A stretch of 63,658 nucleotides of DNA, counting the filler, from Choristocarpus tenellus KU-1152 (lineage: Eukaryota > Protista > Phaeophyceae): the NCBI GenBank assembly GCA_964200185.2. It is 11 parts of 11 records of this genome, joined end to end, with 100 filler letters (N's around TTAATTAATTAA, not from the genome) between each part and the next. Parts side by side here need not be neighbours in the genome. Positions count along the whole stretch, not along the records: positions 55,622 to 60,845 come from CAXNAD020011446.1; positions 60,946 to 63,658 come from CAXNAD020025387.1; 9 more parts are not named here. The stretch is one strand, 5' to 3'. Numbering within the stretch: the stretch's first letter is position 1; the number at the start of each line of letters is the position of its first letter. Of the stretch, positions 59,856 to 63,658 are shown one piece after another. The notes below the pieces were generated by a model. That model was not told where the DNA came from. It searched no databases and was given only the letters and a program-made list of their open reading frames with translations. The translations under genes were made by a program, and so were the position numbers.

Positions 59856-60945
59856 CTACAATACAAGATACAAAATCTTGTTGACTTTGTTCCGTTTGTT
59901 TTATCTTTTATCTTTGCCTTGTCCAGACCGTCTTGTCCTTAGCTTTCTCTTTCACTCCTGAAATTGTCGGCCAGCTTGGTTGGAGTTACCTCTCATGGCC
60001 ATCAACAAGAGGAAAATATCTGCCAACAAATCGACCTCAAGATCGGCAGGAGGAAAGCTAAAGGCCAAGGCTGTATGCAAAACTCACCGGGGAGAAGTGG
60101 TAACCCACGTTCAGTCTTCAGAAAAGGGTCCTTCAATGACAGGAGGCGACCAGAAAACCCATCCAGCCAGGAGTGGAAGCACGATAATAGGTCAGCATCA
60201 CAAGAGTAGGCTATTTTCTGTTCTCCGTACTCTCGAAAGTACGGCTAGGGGCTATGAACACACCTCACACCTTCTATACCTTGCTTCCTAGTGAAAAGTG
60301 CACAACGGACGACACTATAGTACAAGCTGATATTTCAAAGAGAAATCCCTAAAACAACTCTACGCAGCTATCAACTCGAACATCATCCAACACTAGCGTA
60401 CACACATAAACGCCATCACCCATGCAGCAGCTCACGGTGACGGTTGTATGAGCGCCAACGACATGCAACACTTGAGTGACCACAGCGACCAAGTTGTTCC
60501 GGAACAGAATCAAACCCAGGGGGGCCAGGGGTGAGTAAGCAGCGCACCTAGAAATGCTGTGGACCAAAGGTTATAAAGTTCAGGCAGGCACTCAGTGCAC
60601 ATTGGGTCGACTTTGCACACCCTCACGCACACCTATGATTCATTCCTCGCTGATGAGAAGGACAGACGTACCAGATCGAGTATACAGGTTTGTGCTTGCC
60701 TGTGGCTTTTTCTTGTGTGCCTACCAGTCAATTTGGATCCATCCCCCCAGTGAACACCCCACCTTTCCCAGTGAATATCTCCTTGGTATTACTATCAGCT
60801 CTGCCCTACCCAAACCCCCCCCACCCCCCCCACCCCCTTTCTCCCNNNNNNNNNNNNNNNNNNNNNNNNNNNNNNNNNNNNNNNNNNNNTTAATTAATTA
60901 ANNNNNNNNNNNNNNNNNNNNNNNNNNNNNNNNNNNNNNNNNNNN

Positions 60946-61220
60946 GGTGCGCGAACACACAGGAAGAAAGGATGGGAAGGCTTTTTTCCCACCTAAACCC
61001 TATACTTCAATCAAGTAATAGTGCATCTGTTGCCACTCTTGGTGACCTACAATCCATGGTTCGAACCCCAATATGACCGCTCTTTTTTTTCTAAAAAGAA
61101 AAAAATGGCGAAAAAAACGAAGCCGGTACTCTGGAAGGCCTTGTGACGGGCATCACGAATATGCTTTTATTCTTTTAATCCGATGTCTACATCAAAATTT
61201 ATGACGGGACAACCCCACTA
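60946..61220 (+). mobile_element. Second copy of the right end of the 38440-40185 transposon
   Basis: Colinear with 39903-40185 (GGTGCGCGAACACACAGGAAGAAAGG...GGCCTTGTGACGGGCATCACGAATATGCTTTT...GACGGGACAACCCC). Confidence 0.9.
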
Positions 61221-62511
61221 TATCAGACAAAGCAAAATCATACAAAAACTCCATTCTTGCTTTGAACAAAAGAGTCAAGGCGAGAGGTACCCAGGAAGAT
61301 GTTGAGAAATAGGCGCAAATTTCATTTTTATTGCAAAAATGGAATAGGATTTTTCTGGATTCTGTCGAAAAGTCAATCTTGGCACTTTATCTATAGAAAT
61401 ATGGGTGAATTGCAATAATATGAATAACTTAAAATATAAAACGGCCAGAACTTGGGTATCTCTTGCTTGCTTTGACTCAGGATATGTAGGCCCGATCTAT
61501 TACAATCTCATTCGTCTTTGCTTCCAATTCAACAAAAAGTGGTGCCACTTCAACAAAGGGGGGTGGTGGAAGACTCGCCCCTCCACTTCAATCTCACCAT
61601 CACTACCATCCTGTGTCTCGGTCTTGTCTTCGAAAAATCCACCCCACATAGGAAGGAGCTACTGATTCAATTAGCTTGTCGTAACCGTTGCTCGTCTCTC
61701 TTCTATGTCAGAAATATACCAACCGGGAGTGTGGCAATCGAACTTCAGTCTCTTCAACTCATCGTCTCTATCCGGATCCACAACAGTACCACATTTTCAT
61801 GGAGACAACCTACATACCACCATATATCTTTTAGTATATGCGTGTTGAAGTGTGGTGGTCCGGGATTCATGGTAGGAAGGAGACAGTGGCAATGTTTTGC
61901 TGTCCACCTCAAGGCCGAAGTATGCACAAGTCACTAGACTATGGGTTCCTACATTATTACATAAGGGGTTCTGACTACCCTTGATAAGCATATCTGTCCA
62001 ATTTGATGCTTATCAGCCAATATGACCCGAAAAACGCCTTACGGCACGAAATTCAAAACGAATTTGTGGAAACCCGAAATGGTTCACATTATTGATTTGA
62101 GTCACTCGCCTCATCTATGGTTACCTTATAAGCGGCAACCAACTATAATCAATATCCACATTTTGTTGAAACGAGAAAGTTCGTAAAAGTGATCGCAGCA
62201 TGGTGAAAATGAAAAAGCGAAGGCATCATGAACAGCGTCATTGTCAGTATTGTCTGGACAAGTTTGGTGTATTATTGATGTAATTATCACCCTATCCAGG
62301 TCAAACGATTTACCTTGATCAAAGAATGTTTCACATTTATGATAACTGTTACTTTTACTAGGGTCATTATGATATTGGATTGGCTTTTCCCGTAACACTT
62401 CTACAAAATATGTCCGAGAGCATAATAATACGGAGTATATATATAAAATAATAGTTGAACGCACGTTGAAAACGAGAGAAAAGAACAGGATGAAAGGGAA
62501 TGATGATAAAA

Positions 62512-62789
62512 GACCCATTGTCTCCAAGAGGGGGGGTCAGGTGTCCACCCGGGCCTTTGTGATCCTGTAGTGATTTTATTGTCATTTGACTAAACGTGAC
62601 AGATGTAGGGGCAATTTCTTTCGTCTGAACGCACCGTCACTTTCCACCCGCTTGCCTGGACCAAATCAGAGGAAAAATCACCCTCAAAACGGACATCAAA
62701 CTGGGGTGTTTTACAGCGTAACACCCCATCAAGTCTTGAATGGACGACCTGAGCTAAGCACCCTCCCTCCCTCTAGGATACTACGGGTC
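62512..62789 (-). mobile_element. MITE family B with AAAA TSD
   Basis: aaaa|GACCCATTG...CTCTAGGATACTACGGGTC|aaaa; reverse-complement homologue of 7349-7620. Confidence 0.85.
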
Positions 62790-63658
62790 AAAAAACGTAC
62801 CTACATGTCATGATTTTGTTTTTGTTATGAAATATGATACAAATAAAAAGGAACAATGATGACATCGATTGTGATATACAGAGTAATCCGTAAGAGGAAC
62901 AATGGTCATATATGGTGCTTTCAGGTAATGATCTGAGACGCAAACAAGATATGATAACTCCTGCGCCCAGTTGACAATAAAATAGGATACTGTAATACAA
63001 GCATAATAATCCAATGGACATCTTGATAACTCAATGAAAATGTAAATATTTCAAACGATTAATTGATGAATATTTAAAGAGAGAAGAAAGTGGACAAGAT
63101 GGAATATGAACAGAAATATGATAAAACAGGTATAGGAAGATGATAATAATGCAACAGTGTCAAACAAGTACCATTTTTCTTACGAATAAATCCTTTGCGG
63201 GCTAATCGAGATATCCTATGTATTCTCCTGACAGGCATTCCCTCTCTCTAAAAAGTACGACAGAATAAAAGAGAAGACATCAGGTACTCAGAGAGACTAT
63301 CTTGGACATAGAAGAAGGAAGGTAGGATCATTACGCTCTGAAGCAGAACGGGTAGGCAGATGGACTCATGCAATATGTACGCCTCTCACTTTAAACCATT
63401 CCATGTGCAACCCTTTCACCTGAGGCACAAATTTCAGGATCAATTTTCCCCAATGGTGTAGGAATATGTTACAGGCGATATGTCTTGATGGCAATTTCAT
63501 AAACACCATTATCACATTGAAGTTCTAGATTTGGTATATTTGTACTTATTGACTATTTATTTATTATTTGGTCATTATGTTCCCCGATTGTGATAAGACA
63601 TCGTAGACAGTTCCTTTTTATACGATGATATTGATGATAATCCAAGTGAGAGATCCAG

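Noticed and set aside
1-63658. Functional clustering of TALE, RF1, POP1 and coiled-coil genes as one system
   Set aside because: They lie on separate artificially joined contigs (only POP1 and TALE share one), and no functional link is evident.

Overview
This window is eukaryotic, intron-rich genomic DNA, not prokaryotic. It consists of 11 contigs joined by ten artificial 100-bp spacers (N44-TTAATTAATTAA-N44), so adjacency across spacers carries no biological meaning. Most six-frame ORFs are spurious; the real genes are chains of short GT-AG exons. The gene structure, interstitial TTAGGG repeats and release-factor motif suggest a stramenopile, possibly a brown alga (inference only). Recognisable genes: (1) a TALE-class homeobox gene whose homeodomain is split over three exons and is therefore not assembled in the ORF track (~41.7-46.0 kb); (2) an organellar class-I peptide release factor (RF1-type, GGQ) with a PAN rather than PxT codon-recognition loop; (3) the last exon of a probable RNase P/MRP subunit POP1; (4) several coiled-coil, Sfi1-like or unknown multi-exon genes. 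Mobile DNA is abundant. Four short TIR (MITE) families with 4-bp TSDs look Sola2-like. There are also a plant-type (DD39D-like) mariner with a Stowaway-like TIR, a TA-flanked Tc1/mariner-like deletion derivative carrying a tRNA-like segment, two Ty1/copia remnants, and degenerate LINE fragments (RLE- and APE-type). All calls come from reading the sequence by eye; no searches were run.
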